From Squalus acanthias (Eukaryota), in the NCBI GenBank assembly GCA_030390025.1, contig CM059432.1, positions 127,226,001-127,290,000 on the forward strand: a stretch of DNA of 64,000 nucleotides, in the 5' to 3' direction. Made by a program: the position numbers and the translations under genes. The notes under the pieces were generated by a model. It did no database searches. It was not told the DNA's origin and worked only from the letters and a program-made list of their open reading frames with translations. How positions within the stretch are numbered: the stretch's first letter is position 1; the number at the start of each line of letters is the position of its first letter. Shown piece by piece: positions 9,611 through 22,404 of the stretch.

Positions 9611-12600
9611 CAGATTACACAACTGTTGGTGCTTCTTTCCTTGGTAGTATGCACATCTATGTTGTTGGAGACCCAGCGGACCAATCTGTTCAGACAGAGC
9701 TACAACAATATTTATGGACTTAGGTCAATTCTTGAATCTGGGAACCATTCTACAAAATGTATGTTCACAGCCTTTTCCGAATGATATCCTTTCAAGTTAA
9801 ATTACCCAGGTCTCAATTGCGTACACCCCTTCTAATAACAGGGCCATCAACATTCGAGGGCTGTTGGTCAGGTTACAGGTTGGGGGTAATTTGTGTTGTA
9901 CTTTTCTTGAATTTAGGTCCAAAAATCTGATGATAGCAACATTGAGCAAATAAATTATTTTCTGGGTGAATGTTTATAATCACAACTTCAGGTTTAAAAA
10001 GGAAAAACAAATTGCAAACCAAATGTCTGGCCCTGCTTCCTTCCTTTTCAATCTTTCTTGGTGACCAATTAGTTCGTCCAACTTTTTATCTTTGGTTTAC
10101 AGCACATATTTCTTTCCCTCCCATGAAATGTTTAAGGTTTCATTGAGTTGCTTGCTGAAATCTGTTAATGCTTATAGTGGTCAGAAAGAACTGCAGATGA
10201 GCACCCATTTAAAGTTCCATGAAAGAGAACTTAAGTGCAGAACTCTCAAAAGGACAAGTGTCTTTACAGTTTGTTCCCCTTGATAAGCTATTGATCCACG
10301 ATGTATACTTTTGGTGGGGGAAAAAGTCTTTGTTTTCAGCTCTTTTTTAAAAATCTGAAAATGATGGGTGCCCATCGGCGAAAGACATTTGAGTTTGATT
10401 CATGCTGGCATGGTGATGCTGTGGTACTGCTGGGATATTATACTGGTTTAGTCTGCAGATGATGGAAATATAGCTGTATGGAAAAAGAAACATTGATTTG
10501 ATTTGACGCAACAGTAAGTATGGAATTGTAGTATAAGGGGCTTGAAGTCTCTTCAGTTTGATTATAATATACTCAATGGACACTTCTTTACAAACATGAA
10601 GAAAGAACCTATTTAAGCACCCTCAGTTTGGCAAGAATATACGTGTATAACTGTTAGAAGGATGGTACAGCAGCTTAGCGTGTGGTTTATAGGATCATCA
10701 GACCCCAATTACCTGCGTTTCAACCCTTAAGACCATGCCAGCTGTCTCTCTTTTTGTATAATGTTTTTTTCTATTAAATTTTGTGTCTTGCATTACTGCT
10801 TGTAATTAACTTTACATTATATCACTGGGAGGGAATTTTAACTGGAGGGGAATGAAAATGGTAGTTTTCTCGTGGCATGGAAAGGACTCGCTTTACTGAG
10901 AAACACCTCCTTTACCAGGATAGTCCTGTATATTTATCTCTCATAGTTTTAAGTATGTGATTGACTGACTGACTTACAGAATCAGATGTACTTTTATCCA
11001 AAGTACAATGAATAAGATTATATGTGAAATGTCTAATACAGAAGCTAGGTCTGAAGAATACAAGCACCTTCCACTCATTCCTTCATAATTGAGCTTGTCA
11101 TGAAAGCAATGTATTCCAATTATGCAGAAGTACAGGAGGGGGAGAAAAGTCTGTGGAGAATATTTTTGTTTAAAGTATTTCCTCTGTCTATTTGAAAATA
11201 TATATACTGATAAAATATGACTTGACATTTATTTTAAATGTCAATTAACTTCACGGAGACTTGCCATGCTAGGTCTCCTTGCATCTCGGCTGTCCTGGTG
11301 ACTTCTCTGTCTGGATCAACTCCCTGCACCCCTCAGTGGCTTCATTGATTGTGATAGGGCTGTTGCTTCCGGCTGATCTGAAGCTACTCCAATTCAGGAA
11401 AACCTGCTACCAGCTGGGGACGCTGCTTACTCTGGAATAAATCAAAAGCCCAGTCATCCAAAGTTGCTTCCTTTGCTGTAGATATTAGCAGAGAGCAGGA
11501 ACATGATCATTTTGACTAGAGAAGGTGTGTGTGCTGTGAGAGGCTGTTGAGAAATAATTTGTGGAACCAAAATGTTGCCCCCAAGCATGGGGGGAAAAAT
11601 ATAAATAAACTAGTCAATCTCCTGTGGAGTTGTACATGGCGAGGAAAGATCAGTCTAATGTTAATGTTTATTTCACTATTCCAAAAGAATGTGATGAAAT
11701 CACTCCTCAAATCAGTGTGTGACGGAGCCTGCTACTAGAGGGATGTGCAGACAGAGCAACTGAACAAATAGCAGAATTTTAATTACTGTGAGATATCATT
11801 TGATGTGCACTGCAAGCAGCCAGCAGCTGCAATGGCAACTGGCAGTTTATTGGTAGTGTGAAAAATTTGGGGAAATGACAGCAGTGCAAACCGGATAAAA
11901 TCTCTTTACGGTCTCATCTGATACTTGGAGCATTTGCAGTTGAAGGACTGCCATTTATTTATCAGTAGAATTAAAACAATATCAGGAAAATCTTAAATAT
12001 GAGACACTAAAATATTAATTCTGAGCAGAATAAAGTTTATAAACATATACTTAAACTATTTACAGGCTATTGGTTGTGATGAAATACCTTTAACTTTGTT
12101 ACAGTGAGGCAAGAAGCTCAGGCAGGCTCAGGGCAATGAACAGAGGTAGTAGAGTGAAAGAAGGGTAGCAGCGTCACCTAGTGTAGCAGGACTGAAAGGT
12201 AAGTATATTAAAGGAGGCGTTTCATCATACCCATTTAAAAATAATGTAAATCAGTGTTACTACATTGCCACAAGTTGTGACAAAATCCTGACACAGGAAG
12301 TTAAAAGTGTGACACATAGTACGTGCAGTTGTAAGAAATGTCGTATTATAATGGGTTGTACATAGGGTTCCTATATTGCATTGGAGTTTTTTTAATAGGG
12401 AGTAGACTGCTATGTTGTACGTGGAAAACTTAGTAATTCTTTGGGAGAAACTAATCTTTGTGTTAAGCTTCAATTAAGTTTTCTTCAGTTTTTCATCTGT
12501 TTTGAAATTTTTGAAAAGAATTCTATTTGAAACTTCAAGAAAGGGTTGGTTAAAATTCAGTTTAACGTGAACGTTATAAAGCATCTCTACATGTGTGTGG

Positions 12601-12696
12601 CACCGTATTTTACACATGAAAAGACCAGGAAATACTGCTAATAACTTGGCATCATTCTTTGTCACTTTGTAATTTTGTCTTGCCTCTTGTATGCAG

Positions 12697-12823
12697 ATAT
12701 GGTTTGCCAGTAAACTTCCAGGCAATGCTGTTGCAACCCAACAAAAAGATGATGAAGAAGCTTCGAGAAATTCTTAATGATCTATACAAACACCTGGACA
12801 GCAGTGCAGCTGCCATCATTGAT
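12697..12823 (+). CDS. ATP6V1C1: V-type proton ATPase subunit C1, penultimate coding exon (127 nt)
   Basis: ATGCAG acceptor / GTAGGT donor; encodes [42 protein letters not shown]. Confidence 0.98.
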
Positions 12824-12904
12824 GTAGGTATCTGCATGGCAAAATTTGATTATCTGTCAATGGATGCTACCAATAAAGCAGAACAATTAGCTTTTCTAAT
12901 TATA

Positions 12905-13550
12905 AACAGAAACAGAAAATGCTGGAAATACTCAGCAGTTCAGGCAGCATCTGTGGAGAGAGAAACAGAGTTAACGTTTTAGGTCGATGACCTTTCATCA
13001 GAATTGGAAACAGTTACAGCTGTATCAGGTTTTAAGCAAGTACAGAGGCAGGGAAAGGGGGGAGGGGAGGAAAGAACAAAAGGGAAGGTCTGTGATAGGG
13101 TGGAAGGCAGAAGACATTAAATGACAAAAGGGATGATGGCGCATGGCAAAATGGGGTGAAAAAATGGGATCAATGGTTATGATCTGAAATTGTTAAACTC
13201 AATCTAATGATTCTGCTATTCCCATTTACACCTCCTCTAGACCCATCTTTTGTTTCTTTATTTGTCCCATTGCCATTCCCTTGTGCCTTGCACTATCATC
13301 CCTTTTATCATTTAATCTCTCCTACCTTCCACCCTCTCTCAGACCTTCCCTTGTTATTTCCTCCCCTTTCCCTGCCTGTGTACTTGCTTAATATCTGTTA
13401 CATCTCTAACTTTGTCCAGTTCTGATGAAAGGTCATCGACCTGAAATGTTAACTCTGTTTCTCTCTCCACAGATGCTGCCTGACCTGAGTATTTCCAGCA
13501 TTTTCTGTTTTTATTTCAGATTTCCAGCATCCGCAGTATTTCGCTTTTGT
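12905..13550. mobile_element. Fold-back PLE derivative (family B), inverted pLTRs
   Basis: ~12910-13140 is inverted relative to ~13280-13510. The minus strand at ~13176-13203 carries the GIY-YIG ORF end (EFNNFRS*) also seen at 37003. HHR motifs at 12969-13005 (-) and 13418-13454 (+). Confidence 0.85.
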
Positions 13551-13559
13551 AATTCAAAT

Positions 13560-13760
13560 AGTCTAACCACATGGGTGCATTTTAGTCTCTCCATTATTTT
13601 AAATGCCTCAATCAAATCTCCCCGAAGTCTATGCTTTTCTAGAGTAAAAAAGAAACCCAGCTCTTTAAGCCTATTGTGATAACTAAGGGCTTTTAAAGTA
13701 GGCTTCAATTTAGTGGCCCTCCTCTGAACCTTTCTAAGGGCCTAACCAAGGTCTTGTACC
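13560..13760 (-). mobile_element. CR1-type LINE ORF2 fragment
   Basis: LSYHNRLKELG..TLEKHRLRGDLIEAFKIM, the CR1 C-terminal signature. Confidence 0.75.
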
Positions 13761-15497
13761 ATGATAGTCATATGATGGTGTAACCTGGAGGTCCCAACAA
13801 TGACCCCTGATCTGGATTCCATGATCTCATATTGCGTCAGAATACAATTTTCATGGAAATTCAGTCGGTTTCCTATTCCTTGTAACATCAAGAATAATAA
13901 TGGGCCTTGCCTCAGTATTTGCTGAACTGACTGGCACTGACTTTAGAAAAAAAAAGTGTTCTCTGCCCCTCTGGCTTCCAAATTCAAAGTTAAGAGAAAT
14001 GCATTTTTTCCCCAGAGAGGGAGAAAAAAAATAACAGCTTAATCTCTAGGCCTTTCCAACTCTCTGTCAAAGACTTGCTCGCTGAGCCAACAATTGTACT
14101 ATCATCGCCTCCACCCTTCCCTCCCTCCTTGATGTGGGGATCATGGCAACAAATGTCACATCCAGTTCCTCTCTGGAATTTTCTAACCAATCTCATTGTC
14201 TGAAACTGATATATGTGAGAGATATTTCTGTTAACTACTTTGTTTGGTCCGACCTAATGAAATGTAATCCATATACTAGTTAGGTTAATTTTGGTCCACA
14301 AGGGGTGAACACCTAACAGCAACATCATAGTATAAAGCAACCTAAGAATTCTCCTGGACCAAATAGGTGAATATCTCAATGTGACAGTGTAGTTTCCTCC
14401 TTTCCCCCCCTCTTTTTCTCTCCCCCTCCTCCCTCCCAACCCCCAAGTTTAGACTTCTGTAGTACTGTACTGAAAAACAGCACAAGGAGTTGGTGCAGGG
14501 AGGTGCAATTTGTGATTTCAGTTTTAGAAATCTGTGTTTGAAAGTTCCCTTCAAAGATGCAGACATGTTCCCTTTAATCTCTTTCTCCTCTCTCCCCTGC
14601 ACACACCATCATATTTTAGGGGAGAATGGTGTTGTAGGCTGAATACATCTCTATGTCACAATTTGGGCATAGAATAAAGTTTTGTTATTTCTTTATCTCC
14701 CTTCTTCCCCCTACCAGAAAGTGGAATGTTCCAGTATTACAAGGTACACATCCTAACAGCCAACTGAGCTAGTTGAGGTTGGTGTGTTTAAGTGTCGGCT
14801 GTCTTTGTGTTTAAACCAGTGGTCTCTGGAAATCTCCCGTGGTGTTGCTCAGTAATCTGGGTTCAGGAGGCTAGTTGTGCTGTTCAGCTGTAACCTGTCC
14901 TGTCTCGTTAAAACACAACTACTCAAGTGCTCCCTGTTGGGAAGTGGGCATACCATAAATTGGCTTGCTTTTATTTTTAATAGACCAGTATAACTTTGAA
15001 AATACTCATGTTGGCCTACCCCTTAAATATTTTACAAAAACCTAACCTATGCAAAATAATAAAAAATGCGCACCATACATTCTCTTTTGCACAGACCTAT
15101 ATCCATCAAAACAGTTGCCTAATAGAACTATTCCTTGTAACTCTTGCATAATATTTCATTAGGTGGAGATTTTCTTCTGGAGTTCTGTTTGAAGTATGGA
15201 GATTTTTTTGTAATATAGAAAATTGAGTAATTTTGCACAAAGGAGTTACATTATTTGATTGTAAAGTGGTGTCTGAGCAATATTTCACATAAATAATTGG
15301 AACGGGGAATAAAATACTCAGAAAATATGTGGTGACTCCCTAAAATAGAAGCTTATTTTCTGTAAACGATCTGTATACTTTGGCAGCTACGACACCATCT
15401 GAAATTGAGCAGTTTTTTAAAAAACAGAAGAATTGGTAAATAATCAGCTAGAATAATATAAATCAAATGCTAATTTGTTTTTAAACTTCTTTTGCAG

Positions 15498-15593
15498 GCT
15501 GCCATGGACATACCAGGCCTAAGTCTAAGCCAGCAGGAATACTACCCATATGTGTATTACAAGATTGACTGCAACCTGCTTGAATTCAAATAA
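15498..15593 (+). CDS. ATP6V1C1: V-type proton ATPase subunit C1, terminal coding exon
   Basis: TTTTGCAG acceptor; encodes [31 protein letters not shown] then TAA. The CNLLEFK* ending identifies C1 rather than C2. Confidence 0.97.
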   Translation, partial: AAMDIPGLSLSQQEYYPYVYYKIDCNLLEFK

Positions 15594-16149
15594 ATACTAA
15601 TACAATCTTCTCCAGCCACCTTGGCTTTTAGAGTATGGGTTACAGTAGTATTGGACAGATGCCTGCTCGTCCCTTAATTTTCTTCAAGTCTGGGTTAACT
15701 GGTGTTTGCTTACTCATTCCTGCAATTAGGTACAGTCCTGTGATCTGTCTGCTACTGTTTCCTTTGAAAACATGCATTGATGTACTTTTTTACCAATCAG
15801 GTATTGAATTATGTGCTGCAATAATCTGGATCTATATTTATGAAACAAATTCATTATTTAAAAACAAAAAAAACTCATTTGTGAAGTGCTGTGCAGTAAA
15901 CTGCATTAGTTGTCAATATTCCTGAAAGACCTTGTTTACAACTGTATATTAATAGTGCAGAAGAGTTTGTATCATTTCACCTATTTACCTGTGTTTGATA
16001 CATAGAATTTTAAATGGTCACTGGTCGTAACAAATCGTGTTTATTGAAAATGTGTATGTGATGTACAGAGTCTGTACTGATGTTTTAAACATGACTCCAA
16101 TGTGCAAACACTGTAAACATTCATGATTTATCACGCCTACAAAATATGG

Positions 16150-16155
16150 AATAAA
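16150..16155 (+). terminator. Likely polyadenylation signal of ATP6V1C1
   Basis: AATAAA ~560 nt after the stop, followed by a T/GT-rich stretch (GGTTTTTTCAGTGTTG). Confidence 0.6.
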
Positions 16156-17034
16156 TGTAAAATCCATGGTAACCAAGGTTTTTTCAGTGTTGAACATTTG
16201 TCACAACTTTTGAAATTCAGTAATTTTATAATGTTTAAAAATAATCTTGTTGACTAATATTACAGAATTGTTAGATTATCTAAGTTTTTAGCTTTGTATA
16301 TGTGTATAATTTATGATTATTGATTTAAGTGGCACGATGCAAAAGTGCAAACAGGACTTGAACATTACTGCTTCATCATTTGTAAATATGTTTCTGCTGG
16401 ACAATTAGAACTCGACTTGGGTAGAGGAAAGAACCATGCGTAATGACATTACTACATGTGTTTGTTAGAGGTCAAATTTTATTTTTATACTACACGTGGA
16501 CCAAAAGGCCATTTTGTAATTCTGCAAGCTTACTTTCCATGGTTCATGTGTTATCAGGCCAGTTAGCTTCAGTCCTGCTCACATTACTGAGGGTGGGATT
16601 AGATTATTCTTTCTAGTAATATGTTAAAACAAATATCCCAGCTACACTAAAATGCCTCTTGCAAAATATATACTTAGTTTTTACCATTTTTTCACCCTTT
16701 CATCTGTCCCTTTTTTCTTTTTGTTCTGTTGGTGTCCCTCTACAACGTTCACCTTTTCTGATATTTTATTCCCATTATTCTTGGCAATGAATGTCTCATG
16801 GCCTCTTGCTGGCCCTGATTTTGACTGTTCTCCATCCCTGCAGTGGACACACTGCATTAAAGAGCCACATCTCCTGCATTGTAGTATATGCTGATGTTAA
16901 CTCGCCCTACCTCCACAAATGGAAGTGCTGTCTGGGAGTGAAAGTGGAAGAAGTTTCTTGATGTTAAATTATTCCTCACTTAGCAAATTTAAAGAAAACA
17001 GTATGGATCAGTTGATATAAAAATAAATCAGAAG

Positions 17035-17127
17035 TCGGCCGTAGATATCCCGGGTCTAATTCTGAGCCAGCAGGAATGCTGCCCATATATTTGCAAGTTA
17101 CGCACCCAATTCATCCATTTATTTTAG
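17035..17127 (+). pseudogene. Diverged duplicate of the ATP6V1C1 terminal exon (pseudo-exon or alternative last exon)
   Basis: After CAGAAG, phase 0: SAVDIPGLILSQQECCPYICKLRTQFIHLF*, versus the real [31 protein letters not shown]. Confidence 0.8.
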
Positions 17128-17619
17128 AGAATGGAGTCTCGTGTCTTAAATTTGTCAGTCTGTAGACTGAGAATCCAAAAACCTAATGTTGCGTCATTTT
17201 AGTTTTGGGTGCACTTGAAAAATGTTCGAAATGATTACTGCACCATAACTATTTTAGATCTGATACAACAAAATGATGATGTTCCATTGCATATGTTAGA
17301 CTGTTTTACTCTTAAAATACTGTATTTGGAGCAGTGCAAGTGGCCCAAATAACATTATTGCACCATTTTAAAGGCTACACTGCCAGTGTTATTTCCCACA
17401 ATCATGTATCTGCACAATTGAGCCCACAATCCTTTGTGGTGATGAACACAAAGTCAATCTCTGGCAAAACTTTAGGTTACCCTTCCTCATCTCTTCCTTT
17501 TTGGCTCAGTGTCTCTTTTTTCAGCCAAAGGCATTTCATATAGGTGTGTTCTCCAAGTTAAAGGTACGATATAAATGCAGGCTGTTTGGCTGGGCGTGTA
17601 TGTATTGACACATGCACTC

Positions 17620-18540
17620 AAATCATAGAACCATATAAGTTTACAGCACAGAAGGAGGCCATTCAGCCCATGGTTTCTGTGCCAGCTTTTTCCTAGAGCA
17701 GTCTGAAACAATTCTCACTGTTCCATTCTCGGCCTTTGCTTCAAATATTTATCTAATTTCCTTAAAAGATGTAATGCTCTCTTCCTCAACCAATCCACGT
17801 CGCAAAGCAATCCATGGTCCAAAAACCTGTGAAGAAATTTCCTCTGATCCCTTTCCTCACTCTGATTTTAAATTGATGACTTGGTCACTGACTCCCCACC
17901 CTATTCATTCTATCAAAATTTTAAAAAATCTTTATTAAATCTCTCAGCCTTCTCTGCTCCAATGGAAATAGTTCCACTATTTCAAGTCTTTTCATAACTA
18001 TAGTTTCCTATCCCTGGCACCCTAATGAAACTATGCTGTTTGGCTTTAATGTCCTTTTTATAATGAAGTGCCCAAAACTGTACCCGGTACTCTGTGACCT
18101 AACTGCTGTTTGGTATAAATTCTATCCTCTTGTCCTTTACGCCCCTATTAATAAAATCCTAAATTCTATTGGCCTTTTTATGGCTTTACCTGTACTTGCA
18201 TTTACAGGGAATTGTGTACTTGAACTCCTAGGTCTTGCTGTTCATCCACACCCTTCAGTATCTTTCCATTGAGCATATACTCCTTTCCTTGTTTTTTACC
18301 TCCTGATGAATTGCATCTGCCCATTCTGCTAATGTGTCTGTCTCCCCAAAGGCTGTTAAAACCCTCCCCACTGTTTTCCAAACCTCCTACGTTTGTGTTG
18401 TCAGCAAACTTGGAGGTTGTGTTCGCTGTGCCCACATACAAATCATCAGTATATTAACCCAGAACAAAAGTGGACACGGCACTGACTCTGGGGGTACACT
18501 ACTCCCAACCCTTCTCCAGTTTGAGCACACATTTACACGA
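17620..18540 (-). mobile_element. Old CR1-type LINE fragments
   Basis: CR1 tail (CATAGAA...CAGAAGGAGGCCATTCAGCCC) and minus-strand SKFADNT / LKGVDEQQDLGVQVHNSL motifs. Confidence 0.75.
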
Positions 18541-18548
18541 ACTCTTTA

Positions 18549-19155
18549 TCCCCAATTTTAACTCGGAGCGGGAGTTCGGCATGGGGCGGCAGGCTTGTGA
18601 ACATGCCAATATGAGGCCCTGGCCATTTTAACTAATGGGCCTCATTACTGTAGTCCAGGTCCCAACTCCTGGCCAAACCTGGCGGGACTGATGTGGAGGC
18701 CTCCGAGCGGGAGTGGAAGCGGCACTTGGGGTGGGAGGCTGCAGCCGGGGACCCACGAGAACGATCTCTGCCATTCAGGTAAGCGTGTCCGTGCGGGTGG
18801 TCAGCAGGCAAGTGCGGTCGGGGAAGGGCGGTTGGAAGTCTATGGCTGGGGAGGCCCAGAGTTTCCTTATTGGGGCCCTGATTCACAAGGAAACTTTTTT
18901 TTTAATGTAATTTACTGACCTCTGCCCTCTTCTGGGCTTGCTCCTGTGTGGTGCCAGGTTCCAGCACCAAATGTGAGACTGCGCGTTAAAGTTGGGTTGG
19001 AGTCCTAATGACTCTACTAACTTTTGTATTTTAATGAGACCTGGGATGAGGGTCTCCAAATCTGTCTAAAACTTGCCTGTTAAAATGGCGTGGGCACGAG
19101 TGCGGCGGAATAGGGTGAATACCACACCGCCGATATTTAAACCCCCGCACGTCCT
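18549..19155. mobile_element. GC-rich MITE-like remnant
   Basis: GC/CpG-rich block similar in style to the Harbinger-like MITEs below; termini eroded. Confidence 0.4.
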
Positions 19156-21089
19156 GTTGTGCTCTTCATGGCTCCACATTAAGGTAAGTTTAAAAAAAAA
19201 TTTAAATCTTTGTATTGGCAACCTTTAAAGACCGCTGGTTGGAGTTTTCATAAGTCCTTTGTAGTTTTAGTTTTCTAACTGTTCTCCCTGTTTTTGACTA
19301 ATCTACCACTTCAGTTTGAATTTGCAGCTGTTACTTTGAGCCAATCAACAGAGTGACCAAGAAAAATTGCAATGAGAAATAAGTTACATTTGCAGGAAGC
19401 GCGTGTTACATGCAAGACTTTTATAATAGTGGATCTCTTATGATGTTGCTAAAGGAAATCTGAGCATATGGTCTTTTGCCTGTCTATTATATTCATACTG
19501 TTGCTTCTCTGTCTCTCCTCTTCTCTTTTCTGTTTCCTGTCTCACTTTCTAATCTTTTCTGCTTCTCTTCATTTCTCTCCTTTTCCTCATTGCCCTCTTC
19601 TATTCTCTTTCTCACCCTATCCCCATCCTCTCTGTCCTCTGTTCATTTTCTTTTTTCCATTTGGGTGGGAGTTGGTGTGTGGTGGGGAAGGGAGCCACTG
19701 AGGGCCACAGGTGGTGGATGGGGTGCAATGAGGTCAATAGAGTAATACAAACAGGGCACTGATCAACAGGTGAGGGGTGGAATCTGCTAAAGCTACAGCT
19801 TTGTTTGGGGCAGTGGGTTGCAAGGTGACTTTTGGGCTTGGAGTGGTGGGAGAATTTGGCTATTGGCTGGCTTTTGGTCCTGGGTAGGGAGTGGGGATCT
19901 GGCCAGGGCAAAGGGTAGTGCCAGAAAACAATGTGAAGCGGGTGGAGCTCAATCCCTTGCCCATCATCCCATCTCGTCCTCACCTGCCCTCACCAGATTA
20001 ATGCTGGCAAACCAGTGAAGAGTACATGAAGTGAGAACTGCAATGGTGAGGCCTGAAGGCTACCAGGTGGCGGGGAACAAGCTGTGGAGTAAACCAGAGC
20101 AGGCATAAGGTCAACAGTGAGGTCCTAAGGCTATGGAAGTAGCAAACAGGCTGGACAAGGGGAGGCCAAAGGTGGAGTAGGCCAGAGGGTGGTGGTCGTG
20201 GGCCAGTGGGAGGGGAGGATAAAATTCTTTTACGACATACTTTACTTTAAATTTATTTTTCAACAAATTTGCGTGGAAGGCTTGAATGTTCTGAAGCAGC
20301 ACAACCTGGGTGGAGATTGCAGTGCCTCAAAGGGAAGAAACAGTGCCACCTACCGGGGAGATCAGATATTGCAGGATTCGAGGAATAAGTAAAATCAGTC
20401 GGAGAAATGTGACAAAAGTGTGATGGAAATAGTGTGACTGGCAAAAGTTAGTGTTACACAACGGAAAGTGCATGTCACAATATGTACTATACAATAGATC
20501 AATAAAGATGCTATGAGACTGGTGACCGTGCAGCTTAACAGGTGGGAGTAGCTTTTATTAAGGCCTTGTCGATTTTGTTGAAGGTTTTTCAACAATATAT
20601 GTTGCCCACCAGTTATTGAAAAATTTATTTTAATTGTTTAGATTATTTTATATATGTTTGCAATACTTAATTGTACAAAATATGAAATAGATGTTATATC
20701 TCAGTAAGACTTGGCTATATGCATGCAGCTGGTTACCAGGGAAACATGAAAAATTTATAATTAGAAGCTCGAGATGAGTAAATGAAAAATAGAACTTCAT
20801 TTTATGTTCTTTGAAATATGGATGCAGAAGCATTAATGCTTTTCCCTCACTAAGCTGATTTATGACTGATGAATATGACTCTTTTATGACTCTTTACTCC
20901 TAATAAGGATTGTGCAATGTAGACTGAGACAAAAATTGGAAGTGCTGGTCCTTGTGAAACCAGTGAAAAATACCTTTCCCTACTCCTATATTTGTACTAC
21001 AAGAATTCATCAGAATTTAACTAGTCATCGAAATGCCATTATTTTCTTCAGTTTTACTACTGAAAAATAAACAGCAATAATACTGATTA

Positions 21090-21535
21090 GAAAGAAACAA
21101 CTTGCATTTATAGAATTCCTTTCACATCCTCAGATGTCCCAAAGCACCCACCTCACTTAATTATTTTTAAGTGCAGTCACTGTTGTTATGTAGGCAAAGG
21201 TGGCAGCCAATTTGCACACAAGGGCCCACAAACAGCAATGAGATAAATGACCGGTTAATGTGTTTCTTTTGGTGTGGTTGGTTGAAGGATAAATGTAAGG
21301 CCAAGATGCTGGCAAGTGTCCCTGATGCTCTTCAAATAATGCCATGGGACCTTTTCAAATCCACCTGAACAGGCAGATGGGGCCTCGGTTTAAGATGACA
21401 CTTCTGATAATGCAATACTCATTCTGTACTGCACTGAAGTGTCAGCCTAGATTTTGTGCTTAAGTGCTTGGATTGAGGCTTGAAGCCACAACCTTCTGAT
21501 TCAAGCAAGAGTGCTACCATTGAGCCAATCTGATT
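21090..21535 (-). mobile_element. DeuSINE (SacSINE1-like), degenerate near-full copy
   Basis: Colinear with 52884-53349 from the tail (AAAGAAACAACTTGCATTTATAG) to the tRNA head (GAGTGCTACCATTGAGCCA). Confidence 0.8.
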
Positions 21536-22149
21536 GCTCTTACGGCAGTACATTTTCAAGATGTGTGTTGTACATGAATAGTGTAAAAAGGTCTTTTATT
21601 GGAAAGGATAAGGAGAAAGGGTGACGAACAGATACCCAAATATTTTACATCAAGCATCAATATCCACACTGTTTTCAAAGTTTAAAATAGTGCAATTTTT
21701 CTAAAGGGACTTCCATTTCAAGGTACATTAGTAAATCCCCCCAGAAGAGTATTGAGAAACAGCAATAGATGTTTGTTGTGTTTTTGTGATTTGAATTTAT
21801 CTGGAATATCCCGTTAAGCTTTTTGGGGCTTCACTGATATTTGTCTTGTGCTCCGCTTCAAAGATCACTCGCATAAGTGAGTCTTCATTCCTTACAATTC
21901 AGAGTGTGACTTTTAATGCACAAAATCTGGTAATGTAGTGGTGTATCCTAGGGAAAAATTGAAATCATTGTTACTGTAATTAGATCAGAAAATTGGAGTA
22001 TTGTATTCTCCTAATCTTTGATAATGGAAGAATAAACACTATTATACCAGCTATAAATTACAAATTATTAAAAAGTAGGCAGCAAATTAAAATCCGTATC
22101 AGATTTTACTTGATTAGTAAACTTAACTGACAACAAAAATGTGTAACTT

Positions 22150-22280
22150 AGAATCAGAATCATAGAATGGTTACAACACAGAAGGAGGCCATTCGGCCCG
22201 TTGAGCCCGTGCCAGCTCTCTGCGAGAGCACTTCAGCTAGTCCCACTCCCCTGTCCTTTCCCCATAGCCCAGCAAACTTT
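22150..22280 (-). mobile_element. CR1 3' tail fragment
   Basis: AGAATCATAGAATGGTTACAACACAGAAGGAGGCCATTCGGCCC, the antisense of a CR1 3' terminus. Confidence 0.75.
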
Positions 22281-22404
22281 GCTGACTCCCTTACGAATAT
22301 GGAACCTGAATCAGCACCTTTAATGCAAACTTATGTGTGAACTATCATTTAACGACCATAGTATCTCCAAGACATGTAAACTGCCCTACATGAAGAAAAG
22401 AATT

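Noticed and set aside
12659..12982. 107-aa ORF containing ATP6V1C1 sequence
   Set aside because: Only 12697-12823 is exon; the rest is intron read-through into a PLE repeat.
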